The notes under the pieces: generated by a model | Databases searched by the model: none | Told to the model about the DNA's origin: nothing | The model's input: only the letters and a program-made list of their open reading frames with translations | Assembly (NCBI RefSeq): GCF_001194135.2 | Contig: NC_068992.1 | Location: 4,390,216-4,454,215, forward strand | Direction: 5' to 3' | Source of the DNA: Octopus bimaculoides | Taxonomy: Eukaryota | Length of the DNA stretch: 64,000 nucleotides | Made by a program: the position numbers and the translations under genes | Part shown: positions 1 through 13,108 of the stretch, one piece after another | Layout of the letters: every line of letters starts with the position of its first letter | How positions within the stretch are numbered: position 1 is the first letter of the stretch

Positions 1-125
1 TATTTTATGTACCTGCGAAAATTCCTTTATTCGGTTCTGTTCAAAGATAAACATTAAAAGTCACGTGATATTTCTTATTCATTCGTCGTTTATCGTTTTC
101 CTCCTCTCCCCGCTCCGTCTCACTG

Positions 126-188
126 TTGTATATATATAGATATATGCGCATATATATACATATATATATGTATATATGTGAGTGTGTT

Positions 189-219
<31 letters not shown>

Positions 220-945
220 GTCTGCATACATATATGTATATATTTGAGTGTATATATTATATATGCATATATATATATATAAACATATACATACACATAT
301 ATATGTATATACATGCGTATGTATACGTATATATATATGCATATATATATGTGTGTTCATATATGTATGTGAACATATATACATATATATACGCACACAC
401 ATATATATATGTATGTATATATATATATATATATATATATNNNNNNNNNNNNNNNNNNNNNNNNNNNNNNNNNNNNNNNNNNNNNNNNNNNNNNNNNNNN
501 NNNNNNNNNNNNNNNNNNNNNNNNNNNNNNNNNNNNNNNNNNNNNNNNNNNNNNNNNNNNNNNNNNNNNNNNNNNNNNNNNNNNNNNNNNNNNNNNNNNN
601 NNNNNNNNNNNNNNNNNNNNNNNNNNNNNNNNNNNNNNNNNNNNNNNNNNNNNNNNNNNNNNNNNNNNNNNNNNNNNNNNNNNNNNNNNNNNNNNNNNNN
701 NNNNNNNNNNNNNNNNNNNNNNNNNNNNNNNNNNNNNNNNNNNNNNNNNNNNNNNNNNNNNNNNNNNNNNNNNNNNNNNNNNNNNNNNNNNNNNNNNNNN
801 NNNNNNNNNNNNNNNNNNNNNNNNNNNNNNNNNNNNNNNNNNNNNNNNNNNNNNNNNNNNNNNNNNNNNNNNNNNNNNNNNNNNNNNNNNNNNNNNNAGA
901 ATTTACACACACACACACACACACTCACACACACACACTCACACA

Positions 946-1018
<73 letters not shown>

Positions 1019-1030
1019 GCATATACATAA
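126..1030. repeat. Compound (TA)n/(CA)n microsatellite spanning a gap
   Basis: Directly visible; source of the YIYI/THTH ORFs. Confidence 0.95.
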
Positions 1031-1557
1031 GAGAGGGCCACTACTTGGTAAAAACGGCTCACTAACTGCAGACCGAGGGGAAGATAGGTGAAACACTATA
1101 TAAATAATTCCGATTTATTTTCACTTCTCCACTGGAAAATATGCAAATAAACAAGCCTGGGGAGTTCTTCAATGTCACAAATTTATTTGGAAAATAAGCT
1201 ACCATCGATTACATCAACATAACAGAAGAACGTGTAATATCGGCGATTGATAAGATGAGATCGTTCTCAGCAGCAGGCCTAGATGGACGCCCGGCTATTC
1301 CATTAAAAACATGTAAAAAGGCTCTTAGGAAACCACTGGAGATACTCTTTCTGAGTTTCCTTGCATATGGTAAATTTCCCGACATGCTAAAATAGGATAT
1401 AATATGCCCTGTCCATAAAGGATATTAAAAACTACAGGCCCATCTCTCTGAGCTCACATGTTATCTAGACAATGGAACGCATTGACAGAAAAAGGTTGAT
1501 TACGTTCTTAGAAGAAAGCAATCTTTTCACAAACATGCAACATGGCTTCCGTCCCTT
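1030..1557 (+). mobile_element. Degenerate non-LTR retrotransposon RT fragment (CR1/Jockey group)
   Basis: Manual translation: GPLLGKNGSLT ... IDYINITEERVISAIDKMRSFSAAGLDG ... ICPVHKG (frameshift) KNYRPISLSSHVI*TMER ... NMQHGFRP. Has NYRPISL and QHGFR motifs, with stops and frameshifts. Confidence 0.88.
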
Positions 1558-1568
1558 GTAGATTTTGG

Positions 1569-1660
1569 CCATCTTCAGTACCTGCCTTATTCGGTACCTG
1601 CCTTTTTCGGTACCTGCCTTATTCGGTACCTGCCATCTTCAGTACCTACCTTATTACCTG
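1569..1660. repeat. 16-bp minisatellite, about 5.7 units
   Basis: Units ccatcttcagtacctg / ccttattcggtacctg / cctttttcggtacctg / ccttattcggtacctg / ccatcttcagtaccta / ccttattacctg. Confidence 0.92.
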
Positions 1661-2204
1661 ACAGCTAATAAAATCCACGCGAATAGCATTTTATTATTCT
1701 GTGACCCAAAGCAATATTATCCTCCTTTGGAGTGATTCTATTCCTTGTTGTACCTTTTAATATTTTACTGACCCGCAGCATTGTTATATTTTTGACTGAC
1801 CCAGCAAATGAAATGGGAGTTCCAAACTAACTAGTTTACTTCTTTTAATAAATAATCTTAATGACCTCGGTGGGATGGGATTTAAATGAGAACGGGAATC
1901 TCTCAACAGAGAGCGATAAACACGGTGAGTCACACCAACTCTATACATAATGTGCATTTAAGAACGTATGTACGTATATATCTATGTATATATGAATGTC
2001 CCCCTCCTCTCTCTTTGTCTCTGTTTCTGTCTCTCTCTCTCTCTTCACACACACACAGAGGCATAAGTACGCTACTAAAATATATTCACTAATCCTCAGT
2101 TTAGTGCTAAACAGCTTTTATACATAAATCAACATAAAGAGAAACATTGATATACATACATACATACAAACACATAGACACACATAAACACACACACATG
2201 TATA

Positions 2205-2390
2205 TGCATTGGAGAAACTTTGAGTATAATCAGCCGAAATTGCGAAGATAATATGGTACTCGACTGAGGAAAGAAAACTTCGAATAACCCGTCCGTGTTT
2301 TCTTTGTATGATTTATCTGGATGTTTTGTTGTCCTATTTTTGTATCACCTAACTGTCCGGATATTTTGCGTTCTTGTTCCATTTTGTATT
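2205..2390. mobile_element. Interspersed repeat, possibly a Penelope-like element end
   Basis: Complex sequence between microsatellites containing CTGAGGA and resembling a recalled cephalopod repeat end; no ORF. Confidence 0.3.
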
Positions 2391-2702
2391 ATATATATAT
2401 ATATATATATATNNNNNNNNNNNNNNNNNNNNNNNNNNNNNNNNNNNNNNNNNNNNNNNNNNNNNNNNNNNNNNNNNNNNNNNNNNNNNNNNNNNNNNNN
2501 NNNNNNNNNNNNNNNNNNNNNNNNNNNNNNNNNNNNNNNNNNNNNNNNNNNNNNNNNNNNNNNNNNNNNNNNNNNNNNNNNNNNNNNNNNNNNNNNNNNN
2601 NNNNNNNNNNNNNNNNNNNNNNNNNNNNNNNNNNNNNNNNNNNNNNNNNNNNNNNNNNNNNNNNNNNNNNNNNNNNNNNNNNNNNNNNNNNNNNNNNNNN
2701 NN

Positions 2703-2746
<44 letters not shown>

Positions 2747-2820
2747 CATACACAATACATATATACTCAAACAGACACACTCTCTCACACACACACATAT
2801 ACATATAGATATACATACAC

Positions 2821-2853
<33 letters not shown>

Positions 2854-3260
2854 GACACATACACGCACACACATATCAGTATGTCTATAAAACATGAGCG
2901 GTAGCGTAAGTTATGTGTTTACACATGTTATGTATTTGTTTAGTAGTTATAATATAGTCAGCCAACAGCAGTCTACTGTAGTGTCTAGCTATCAAACATG
3001 AATGCTACGAAGATATCATAAGTATTGACATAGTAGATATTGCAACGTGTTTGAATATGTCTAAAATTTGCTATGTAGATGTTGGAAATATTATATATAA
3101 CAGGGGTAGAAAAGAACATAATAATCCATAAAATATATCTAGCGGTGTCTGTCTGTATAGTGATGCAGCGAGATTAAGAGATTTTGAAACTTTCAATGGT
3201 GATTAAAGTCAGAATTTATTCCTCTCAGTGTCTGTTTGCGTATGGATGATTGTGTGTGTG

Positions 3261-3303
<43 letters not shown>

Positions 3304-4091
3304 ATGTGTTGAAGCGTGTATGTGTGTGTGTGAGAATATATGAGCATTTCTGTGTAAGCGTGCATGAGTGTGATAGCGCGAGTGTGGGGTTTAGATGGTT
3401 GTGCGATAATATATTGACATTTTAAACAATATTGAAATAATCTCGCCGCAAGACTAGGAAAGATTTTCAGATTAAAACTCTGTAACCCCCCCCCCCCACA
3501 CACACGCACAGGCACAACCTCACAGAGCACTTATATACTTGTGGTTTGAAATGTAAAGAGCAAAAGTCCTCACAACATGACATAGAGTATAGAGTATAAC
3601 TATATTAATTCGGCTGCCATGGACTTCTGATCTGGCTTCCACGTCGTTCGGGAAACAACCCAATTGATTCTATTGAAAAGTTCGTTTGTCTATGCTAGCG
3701 TTCGGAGTTCCCTATTTCACTAGATAAACTACATCATTCTCTCATAAGATGCACTCCAGTGCACACGTAGTTGCAGTTGTACGTATATTAAAGACGGGTA
3801 CCGAAGAAGACCAGACATTTCAAAAGCAGCCCCATTTGTTTAGATCCGGGAATATTTGCAGGGAGGTATACCGTTGGATATATATCTTTGGTCCTTGATA
3901 GTCTAATAGGAAAACAATTTTGCGATAAAACGATGTATTAAAAAAACGAAAAAAAAAAAAACGAAGGGCATATTACGGTTATGACAGCTAAGTTTAGCAG
4001 TGTGTGACACAGAAACTATTCGTATGCGACCTAATCAGTATCTTGAATGAAAGAGCTTAAATCTTAAAACTATGCTTCTTTGCTAAGTATT

Positions 4092-4114
4092 TAATAACAA
4101 TAATGATGATGATG

Positions 4115-4182
<68 letters not shown>

Positions 4183-4334
4183 TGCACTACTGGGTACTGC
4201 ACACATTCTACGCAAAACACTTTCAATACAGTAAACATAAGAGCACCACAGCAAACCACAGCACATACCCAAGGCGCACAGAGCTGCGCTCGGTAGTGAA
4301 GTGAAAGCACGTTATAAAAATAAAACTACTGAAC

Positions 4335-4427
<93 letters not shown>
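4092..4427. repeat. (AAT)n tracts (about 4092-4182 and 4334-4427)
   Basis: Directly visible; interrupted by an R4/Dong 3' end. Confidence 0.95.
4181..4335 (+). mobile_element. 5'-truncated R4/Dong-clade non-LTR element, extreme 3' end
   Basis: 4181-4234 translates IALLGTAHILRKTLSIQ*, the typical C-terminus of REL-endonuclease R4/Dong ORFs. A short 3' UTR then runs into (AAT)n. Confidence 0.8.
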
Positions 4428-4448
4428 CCTTTCTGCTATAGATACAAC

Positions 4449-4790
4449 GGAAAAAAATTGAGATATTCCCGCCACTTCTGGACGAGATAGGAAAGTTATG
4501 AGGCATGAGGAAAGTAAAGGTGATACCGGTGGCATTTGGAGCATTAGGTGCAGTTTCCAAGGGCCTTGAAAAACATATTAAGAATATTGGAAGCGCTGTC
4601 AGGCTCGACGTGATCCAGAAGACAGCATTGTTGGGTGCAACTCGCATTCTAAGGAGAGTATTGTCTCTTTGAGTCACAGGAGAAGGCATTACTTGAAACC
4701 TTTGGTGTTTTGCTATTGTCTGCTTTCAAGTAAAGAACAACCAGTAATTAAAAACTGTCCGAGTGTCTTTCAGAATAACAACAATAATAA
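4449..4790 (+). mobile_element. Second 5'-truncated R4/Dong-clade element, 3' end (different subfamily)
   Basis: 4454-4672 translates KIEIFPPLLDEIGKL*GMRKVKVIPVAFGALGAVSKGLEKHIKNIGSAVRLDVIQKTALLGATRILRRVLSL*. Its 3' UTR differs from the first copy and ends in AAT repeats. Confidence 0.88.
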
Positions 4791-4964
4791 TCCATTCTCT
4801 TATAGGTACAATGCCTGAACTTTTCTGGGAGCCGGTTAGTCGGAGAGGTGGGGATAGTAACTGATACTTATTTAATCGACCCCGAAAGGATGAAAGGCAA
4901 AGTTGACCTCGGCGGAATTTGAACTCAGAACACGAAGACAGACGAAATGCCGCTTAGCATTTCG
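4785..4964 (-). mobile_element. SINE family A (tRNA-derived), 5'-truncated
   Basis: Contains atcgaccccgaaaggatgaaaggcaaagttgacctcggcggaatttgaactcagaac, shared with many copies in the window; B box GAGTTCAAATTCC on the minus strand. Confidence 0.9.
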
Positions 4965-5148
4965 TAAGGCCTGAAATCTGAGGGACAGGGGCTATTGATT
5001 ACATCGACCCTGAACTGATGATTATTTTATCGACCCTAAGGATGAATAAGTAAATCTGCCTCGTAAGAATTTGAACTCGGAACGTAAAGACGGATGGGAA
5101 ACCTCTAAGCATGTTGTCCGGGATGCTTACGACTCTGTCAGCTCGCCA
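4965..5148 (-). mobile_element. SINE family A
   Basis: Colinear with the family A consensus through to the head (cagctcgcc); tandem with the previous copy. Confidence 0.85.
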
Positions 5149-5467
5149 CTAATTTCCATTCCCAATAATTAATACAATTGTTCTTGCGTATTGTTAGTTT
5201 ATTCATTAATTACTTTTGCTAATTTTTCATACAAGAATTTCATGAAGCTTCTCTTACAAAGGTCTCACATGATAGGATTCAACCAATGAATTCACGAAGC
5301 CGTAACACCATTTTGGAAAGTAGAACATTTCATTACATTACAGCAAGCTGCTGTCTGAAGCATGAGTATACACGTAAAAGCTAAGTAACGCCATAGAGCT
5401 ACATACCTTTGAGGATATAATCCTGCTTCACTCCATAGCAATTCAATGAAGAAGCAGTATATATCCT

Positions 5468-5468
5468 C

Positions 5469-5524
<56 letters not shown>
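5468..5524. repeat. (TATC)n microsatellite
   Basis: Directly visible. Confidence 0.95.
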
Positions 5525-6272
5525 CGGACACACGCATACACGTGTAGCAAGCTAGTTAGCTAGATGGAAAGACAGATAGAAAGAAAGATAGATAGATATA
5601 CATATGCCGGTGAATATATATCATTACACAGCAACAGCAACACACGGACATATGTTTGTTTTTATATAAGAAAATATTTTGCGTTATATTTTCTATTTAC
5701 TTATTTTCTACGCTTTAACCATAGACTTGTGAATCAGATGACAAGGTTGCTTCAGTGTTTGTATGTATGCATACATACATAATGCATATAAAACCATCCA
5801 TCTGTTCACACACACACAACACGGTCACATACACACGTCGGTAGATACATAGATAATTCTGTGTGAATTATATTGGCAATGAATATACTACTAGAAAAAT
5901 ATGAACATATATAAAAGAATAATAGAATATATGTTTAAAATAAACATTATCATATATAAAAGATCAAGAAGAAAACATTTAAAATAAAAGCGATAAGGAA
6001 AGTAAAGTAAATAAGACTCGGAATCTAAGCTCTTAGATACGTGTCCGCGCATCTTTTGTGCATATTTTGATAGGAACGTAAATTTATACAAGCAATGGTT
6101 GTCACGTTGAATTTAAATGTGAATCTACTTCATAGATCTACAACACATAATGTTAATATGAAATATTTTCTTATTCTGATTCCGTGTATTCTCTAAGTTA
6201 GTTACGCATCTAATGGAATGCATATGGGGGAAGAAGATAAATAGAATGAATAAATAACATATAGAATAAATG

Positions 6273-6341
<69 letters not shown>

Positions 6342-6810
6342 GATATACATATATAAACGAAATATAACTCATGAACCTTTCACTTATAGAAAGCGATACC
6401 AAATCATCTTAGACATATTCTTCTAAGCAGAATCTCTTCTGTTAAATGGTAAAATTTAAGCGTGTTGACAAGATTATGAAAACACCTTTCAGGAAATTCT
6501 TCGATTGAAGGGATTTGATTGTACAGAAATGTCAAAATGGATTAGATTATGAAGCATTATGAAACGTTCCACACACACATACGGGCACATATGGATGCAT
6601 ATATACATGTATTGATGCATAAATGAATACATACTTATACACATACGTACATACATACATATGTCTGTATGTATGTTAATACTCACACAGACATACACAC
6701 ACTCAGGATTAGCCAGCAGCGACCAAATACACGCAAATTCATACACATGTTTATATGCATAATATATACATACACAAATGCTCTCTCAGCCCTTTCTCTC
6801 TCTCTCCCTC

Positions 6811-6841
<31 letters not shown>

Positions 6842-7659
6842 NNNNNNNNNNNNNNNNNNNNNNNNNNNNNNNNNNNNNNNNNNNNNNNNNNNNNNNNNNN
6901 NNNNNNNNNNNNNNNNNNNNNNNNNNNNNNNNNNNNNNNNNNNNNNNNNNNNNNNNNNNNNNNNNNNNNNNNNNNNNNNNNNNNNNNNNNNNNNNNNNNN
7001 NNNNNNNNNNNNNNNNNNNNNNNNNNNNNNNNNNNNNNNNNNNNNNNNNNNNNNNNNNNNNNNNNNNNNNNNNNNNNNNNNNNNNNNNNNNNNNNNNNNN
7101 NNNNNNNNNNNNNNNNNNNNNNNNNNNNNNNNNNNNNNNNNNNNNNNNNNNNNNNNNNNNNNNNNNNNNNNNNNNNNNNNNNNNNNNNNNNNNNNNNNNN
7201 NNNNNNNNNNNNNNNNNNNNNNNNNNNNNNNNNNNNNNNNNNNNNNNNNNNNNNNNNNNNNNNNNNNNNNNNNNNNNNNNNNNNNNNNNNNNNNNNNNNN
7301 NNNNNNNNNNNNNNNNNNNNNNNNNNNNNNNNNNNNNNNNNNNNNNNNNNNNNNNNNNNNNNNNNNNNNNNNNNNNNNNNNNNNNNNNNNNNNNNNNNNN
7401 NNNNNNNNNNNNNNNNNNNNNNNNNNNNNNNNNNNNNNNNNNNNNNNNNNNNNNNNNNNNNNNNNNNNNNNNNNNNNNNNNNNNNNNNNNNNNNNNNNNN
7501 NNNNNNNNNNNNNNNNNNNNNNNNNNNNNNNNNNNNNNNNNNNNNNNNNNNNNNNNNNNNNNNNNNNNNNNNNNNNNNNNNNNNNNNNNNNNNNNNNNNN
7601 NNNNNNNNNNNNNNNNNNNNNNNNNNNNNNNNNNNNNNNNNNNNNNNNNNNNNNNNNNN

Positions 7660-7690
<31 letters not shown>

Positions 7691-7740
7691 TGTATATATA
7701 TATATAATATATATATACATACGCACACACATATATGTGA

Positions 7741-8032
<292 letters not shown>

Positions 8033-8248
8033 CACACTCGTGCTTGTTTGTGACTTATTGATACGATACGGCATCGTACTGATTGTCCTGACGGGTGTTT
8101 GTTGCTTCGTAGTTCTATTCCGAATTCACATTGAGCGTCTATATTAATATTGCTCTCTTACAAACACTGGCCGTACATTTTGTGTGATTACGCTGACGTC
8201 ATTAGGCAAGAAGATGTCGTTATTTCTATCATTCTTAAACAGATAAAA

Positions 8249-8850
8249 CGCAGAGGAATCGTTAGCCCTCCGAACAAAATGCTTAACGGCATTTCCTCCG
8301 CCTTTACGCTCGGCGTTGAAATTCCGTCGTGGTTAGCCTCTCATCCCTCCGTGATCGATAAAATAAATACCAGTCATGCACTGGGGTTGATATAAGTGCC
8401 TGTCATCTATCCCAAAGTTTCAGACCTAGTTCCTATTGTAGAAAGTTTTACTAAATAGATGAGAAAAAGAAAAAAAAGCGAGTTGGCCGAATTGTTAGCA
8501 TGCTGGAGAAAACACATATCGGCATTCCTTTGATCTCTGTGTTCTGAGCTCAAATTCTAGCGACGTCGATAAAATAAGCACCAACCTCTCATTGTCAATG
8601 AAATCGACTAGTTAGCTTACCAAACGTATCAGGCCTTGTATCTATCATAGAAAAGATTATTACATAAAAGTCGGAAAAATTCGTACTTGCATGTCTTATG
8701 GCTATGTACTTTCCGAGTTCAAATTTTGCATGGAGTCAAATGTGCCTTTCATCGTCAATAAATTAACGTAGTAAACAAGTACTAATGCAGAAACTATTGA
8801 CCAACGCCCTCCCTTTCGATAACAGACCTTGTGCCTATATTGGAAAATTC
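8249..8850 (+). mobile_element. Three tandem diverged SINE family A copies (about 8249-8445, 8478-8661, 8700-8850)
   Basis: Each shows head/B-box remnants (gaatcgttagc; gagctcaaattc; gagttcaaattt) and a tail of the type gccttgtgcctat..agaaag. Confidence 0.75.
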
Positions 8851-9715
8851 ATCAATATATATATATAAAACACTACATGTCTATATATATACTTCTTTTG
8901 TGAGTACACTTTAGCGTTTGAATCTGTTGAATTTGTTCCAATTTATAAGATTTATACTTTCTATAAATCATTCGACACACGCTGGAGTGGTTTCGTTTAT
9001 TTTTTGCATTTGTCTCATAGCATTTCCACTCTAGACTGACAGTTCCAATAGTTATTTATATAATAGATTAGAAATATCGTTATTTTTTTTCACATTTGTC
9101 AAACTGTAAATGTCTGCTTATAGAGATGTAGAAGGAATAAATCTGTTAAAGCTAAATGAAACACCAAGAAAATAAATAAATTTGTGAACACTGTTCATTT
9201 GACGTCGACCACCAGCTCAATTTTTCGGCGACTATTGCAATACATATGAAAGTGGTTACATCTGAAAAGAAGAGAGTAAATCCATATGTGAAAAGTAACT
9301 CGGTTTCACGTCCAGGTTGGAATAATATAATTTCGTATACGTTAGCAGCAAGATATGAATATCATATATTTCATTTCTCCTCAACAAACTATAATGTTCA
9401 CCATATATCCACGTCTACTGAGGTTAAAATACACTGTAATGTATCTTAAAAATGAAGAAGTGGATAAAAAAAAAAGATCAAGTGTTATTTAAAAGACAAA
9501 GACATTGATGCGACGCTTATGAATGGTGGTTTTTTTAAATCATACTTCTAAAGAAGGAAGCATTTAACATTTCGTAGTTTCATTCTTATTTTGAAATGTT
9601 TAATTCTCCTTTTCATCCCATCTCATTTATAAGTGTATACCCTCGGACTACCACCCTCAAATGAAATTAACTAAACAGTATATGGGCGTGTATTTATGAG
9701 CTTTTATATCTGAAG

Positions 9716-9797
9716 TATGAGGAGGTACCTAAAAGTAACCGGAAATGTTCCCCGTGGGACAAGCTCATTGTTGTTCGGGCTTCTGCTACTATATTTG
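9716..9797. mobile_element. Possible mariner-type terminal fragment
   Basis: tatgaggaggtacctaaaagtaaccggaaa resembles TA plus a mariner TIR start (recalled); no partner TIR found. Confidence 0.35.
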
Positions 9798-9869
9798 GTG
9801 ACCTCATCAGTAATCCTTTGCTTTCTTCTTTCTTTTTTGTGTTTTTCCTTCCTAACGATCGTTAGCAAG

Positions 9870-9913
9870 GACCACTGATGAGGTCACGGAAGTGTGACGA
9901 AAGAACTATGGTC
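9870..9913 (+). ncRNA. Minimal type I hammerhead ribozyme fold
   Basis: Stem I GACCA(9870-74)/UGGUC(9909-13); core CUGAUGA(9875-81); one extra G; stem II GUCAC-ggaagu-GUGAC; GAAA(9899-9902); 2-bp stem III; CUA triplet, predicted cleavage after 9908. Confidence 0.72.
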
Positions 9914-10369
9914 GAAATACAATTAATATGAAATAAAGCTGAAGCAAGTGAACACTAAATATATAGTGCATGTGTTATCATTGGCTAAACTGGCAACATG
10001 ACGATCCCCAAATACAACAATATCTGCTTCAATACACAGTAAAGAAATCGTTGGTTGTGTCCATGAGTTGAGCAGTGACGAGCAAGCAAACCAGCGTAGA
10101 TTGTGGCTCGCTGATTTTTATTGTTGTCACTTCTAACCCTTTCCCATCGAGTGAAGATGCTTTTCTATAGCAGTGTGGGAGCATTTGCTCCTTTGTCATT
10201 CCATTATAGCTTCGGAAAAATAACTGTTAAAATCGAATTGCACTACGAATAAGTACAAGGTAAAATTACTAGTTGCTTTAATAGTAAGTTGATGCACATA
10301 GTCTAACCCATTCCCTTCCGAATTTTAGTTCATTGAATTGAATGGTACGACAACTATCTCTGTGCCTCT

Positions 10370-10456
10370 ATTATATCAGCTGAACCCTAGAGTTAATGTA
10401 ATCGACTTACCCTTCTCCCAAATTTGCTGGCCTTGTGCCAAAGTTTGAAAGCAATA
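10370..10456 (+). mobile_element. SINE family A 3' fragment
   Basis: gtaatcgacttacccttctcccaaatttgctggccttgtgccaaagtttgaaa (tail type ii). Confidence 0.75.
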
Positions 10457-12016
10457 ATGAAGGTTGATGTGTGTAAAGATTTCATGTATTTCATATAATT
10501 GATTATTTATTTACTCAGTGTTTTCTCTTTGTACTGCTGCTTATTCTATGTCTTTAAATCTGTTATCGATATACTCATACCAATATTCTCTAACACTCGA
10601 ACATTTTACGCTCTTATAGTTCGTGCATACAACGTCTATCAACTCATTGACACACTTTCGTTTTGTAGTTCTTTGCAATTAGTTCACACAATTCATAACA
10701 TTACTTCCATTTTGCAAGTATTTTCATTAATGTCTTTTGGAAGTAGATTAATGTTTGCATAAAGATTCTTCGAAAGATTGTATCTTGTCTAAAAGCAGAG
10801 ACCCTTTCAGTTTCTTTTTGTTTTCCTCAGGCTTCATGAAATAATGGCGTTCATGATTGTAATTTTTATAGATTGTAATTTTTATAGATTGCAATCGAAT
10901 TGTTACAAATACTAAACGAACCCTTTCCATTTACAATTATAAAGAATAATGTAATTTTAATTCATTTCTTTTTTCTTAACGAAAAAGTTCTTTTGTCGGC
11001 AACTCTTGTATCTTCTTTTAGTACGAACCATTTACAGAAGAGGTTTATTTTTATGCTATTTAAAATATTGATTTTTGATATTTAATGATAAAAAAAAAAC
11101 AGTAAATGGCCCGTGAACGAAACTAATTCCAATTCAAAATTATAGCATGTAATTTGTAATATTACGTCTGACAACAAATCTAGAGGTACTTTAAAAACAC
11201 ACTGACTACTCGTCACTAATAACAACATAAAGTAATACAAAATAAAATTACAGTTTCGGGGAACTCAAATACTAAATTCTATTAAACTTAATTAAGTGGG
11301 GAAGTATTACTTCATTAACACGTACGTACTTCGACTTATAATTAATGTTATAGAACATGCATAACGGCCGAGAACATTTCTTCAAGTTTTAAAAGCTACG
11401 TATTATTTGGCTGGAATCAATTGTTCTTATATGGAAGTAAGTCTTTATGTGTCGCAAGGTTGCCGATTAAAATATTCGTTGATCATGCACTTACCTACTA
11501 TTGATAGCAGACTGTCTTCTTAAAACGGAGATCTTGTCTGAGTACTTCAAATAGAATGTACTCTACGAACGGCACCAAGTAGTAGTGGTATTAAACTGAA
11601 CGACAATTCGAATGAAACTTCGAATTATTGCATCTCAGAAGGCGGAGAGCGGGAATAAACCTGCTCAGCATCTGTTCTGATACTGTTACTGTCTCATCTT
11701 TGATTGTTACATTTTTTATCGACACTTTATGTTGCCAATCAAGTCTTAAAACAATGAAACCAGAGATACTAATTATGTTCAATAGACATGTCTAAAATTC
11801 TTTATTCCTGGGAAAAAATATAATTCTTTCTCTTAGATGACATTGCTTTCCTAAATTGCTTATGAACAGGAAATTATTACCACGCACCAGACAATGGAAA
11901 CTAGAAGCCAGGGTATCACTTGACAGAAGCCAAACTAATTGTCTGAGAATATATGCACATAGTCATATGTATGCACAAACATGCGAACACACATAATCAT
12001 ATACGCACATTTACCT

Positions 12017-12530
<514 letters not shown>

Positions 12531-13012
12531 GAATCTGTTCATACGCACACACAGAAACACTAAGAAACGTACACTCGCACACACATATATGTATTCTTAT
12601 AATTTTCCCTTCTATCGTTAATTTCTAGAAATAATGTCAAAAAGAAAATCTAGATAAAATCTATCTAGATATTAATTTTCTTTTATCAGCTTTGTATATC
12701 CTATATATATCTTTCATTAAAAACATGTTTTTGCCTTCCAATTCAACATCTATTTCTTTTTTTTTTCTTCTTCTTCATCTTGATATTCTCCAAACAGAAT
12801 ATTCCACTTTCTTTTTCTTACTGTGATTTGCTTTAATTACATTTTAGCTTGAACTGTACATTTACTGGTATCATTATTTTTACATATTTTTATTCGTGTT
12901 TTTCTAAAAAAACTATCTTCCTTTCGTTTATTTCGCATTTTTCTTTGAACGCTTGTATCTATCTAATTATATATACACGCATATGAATGGATACAGAAAT
13001 GTATACGTTTAT

Positions 13013-13015
<3 letters not shown>

Positions 13016-13104
<89 letters not shown>
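13016..13104. repeat. (CA)n microsatellite
   Basis: Directly visible. Confidence 0.97.

Positions 13105-13108
<4 letters not shown>

Noticed and set aside
1911-1925. Plus-strand 15-nt exon-like segment (caacag|agagcgataaacacg|gtgagt)
   Set aside because: Weak polypyrimidine tract, and it lies in an apparent SINE remnant.
2220-2295. Hammerhead-like CTGAGGA with a 7-bp potential stem (2220-2226/2257-2263)
   Set aside because: GAAA reads GAAT, there is no valid NUH, and stem III cannot be built.
10811-10860. Strong plus-strand acceptor tttctttttgttttcctcag at 10830
   Set aside because: No convincing donor or open frame follows.
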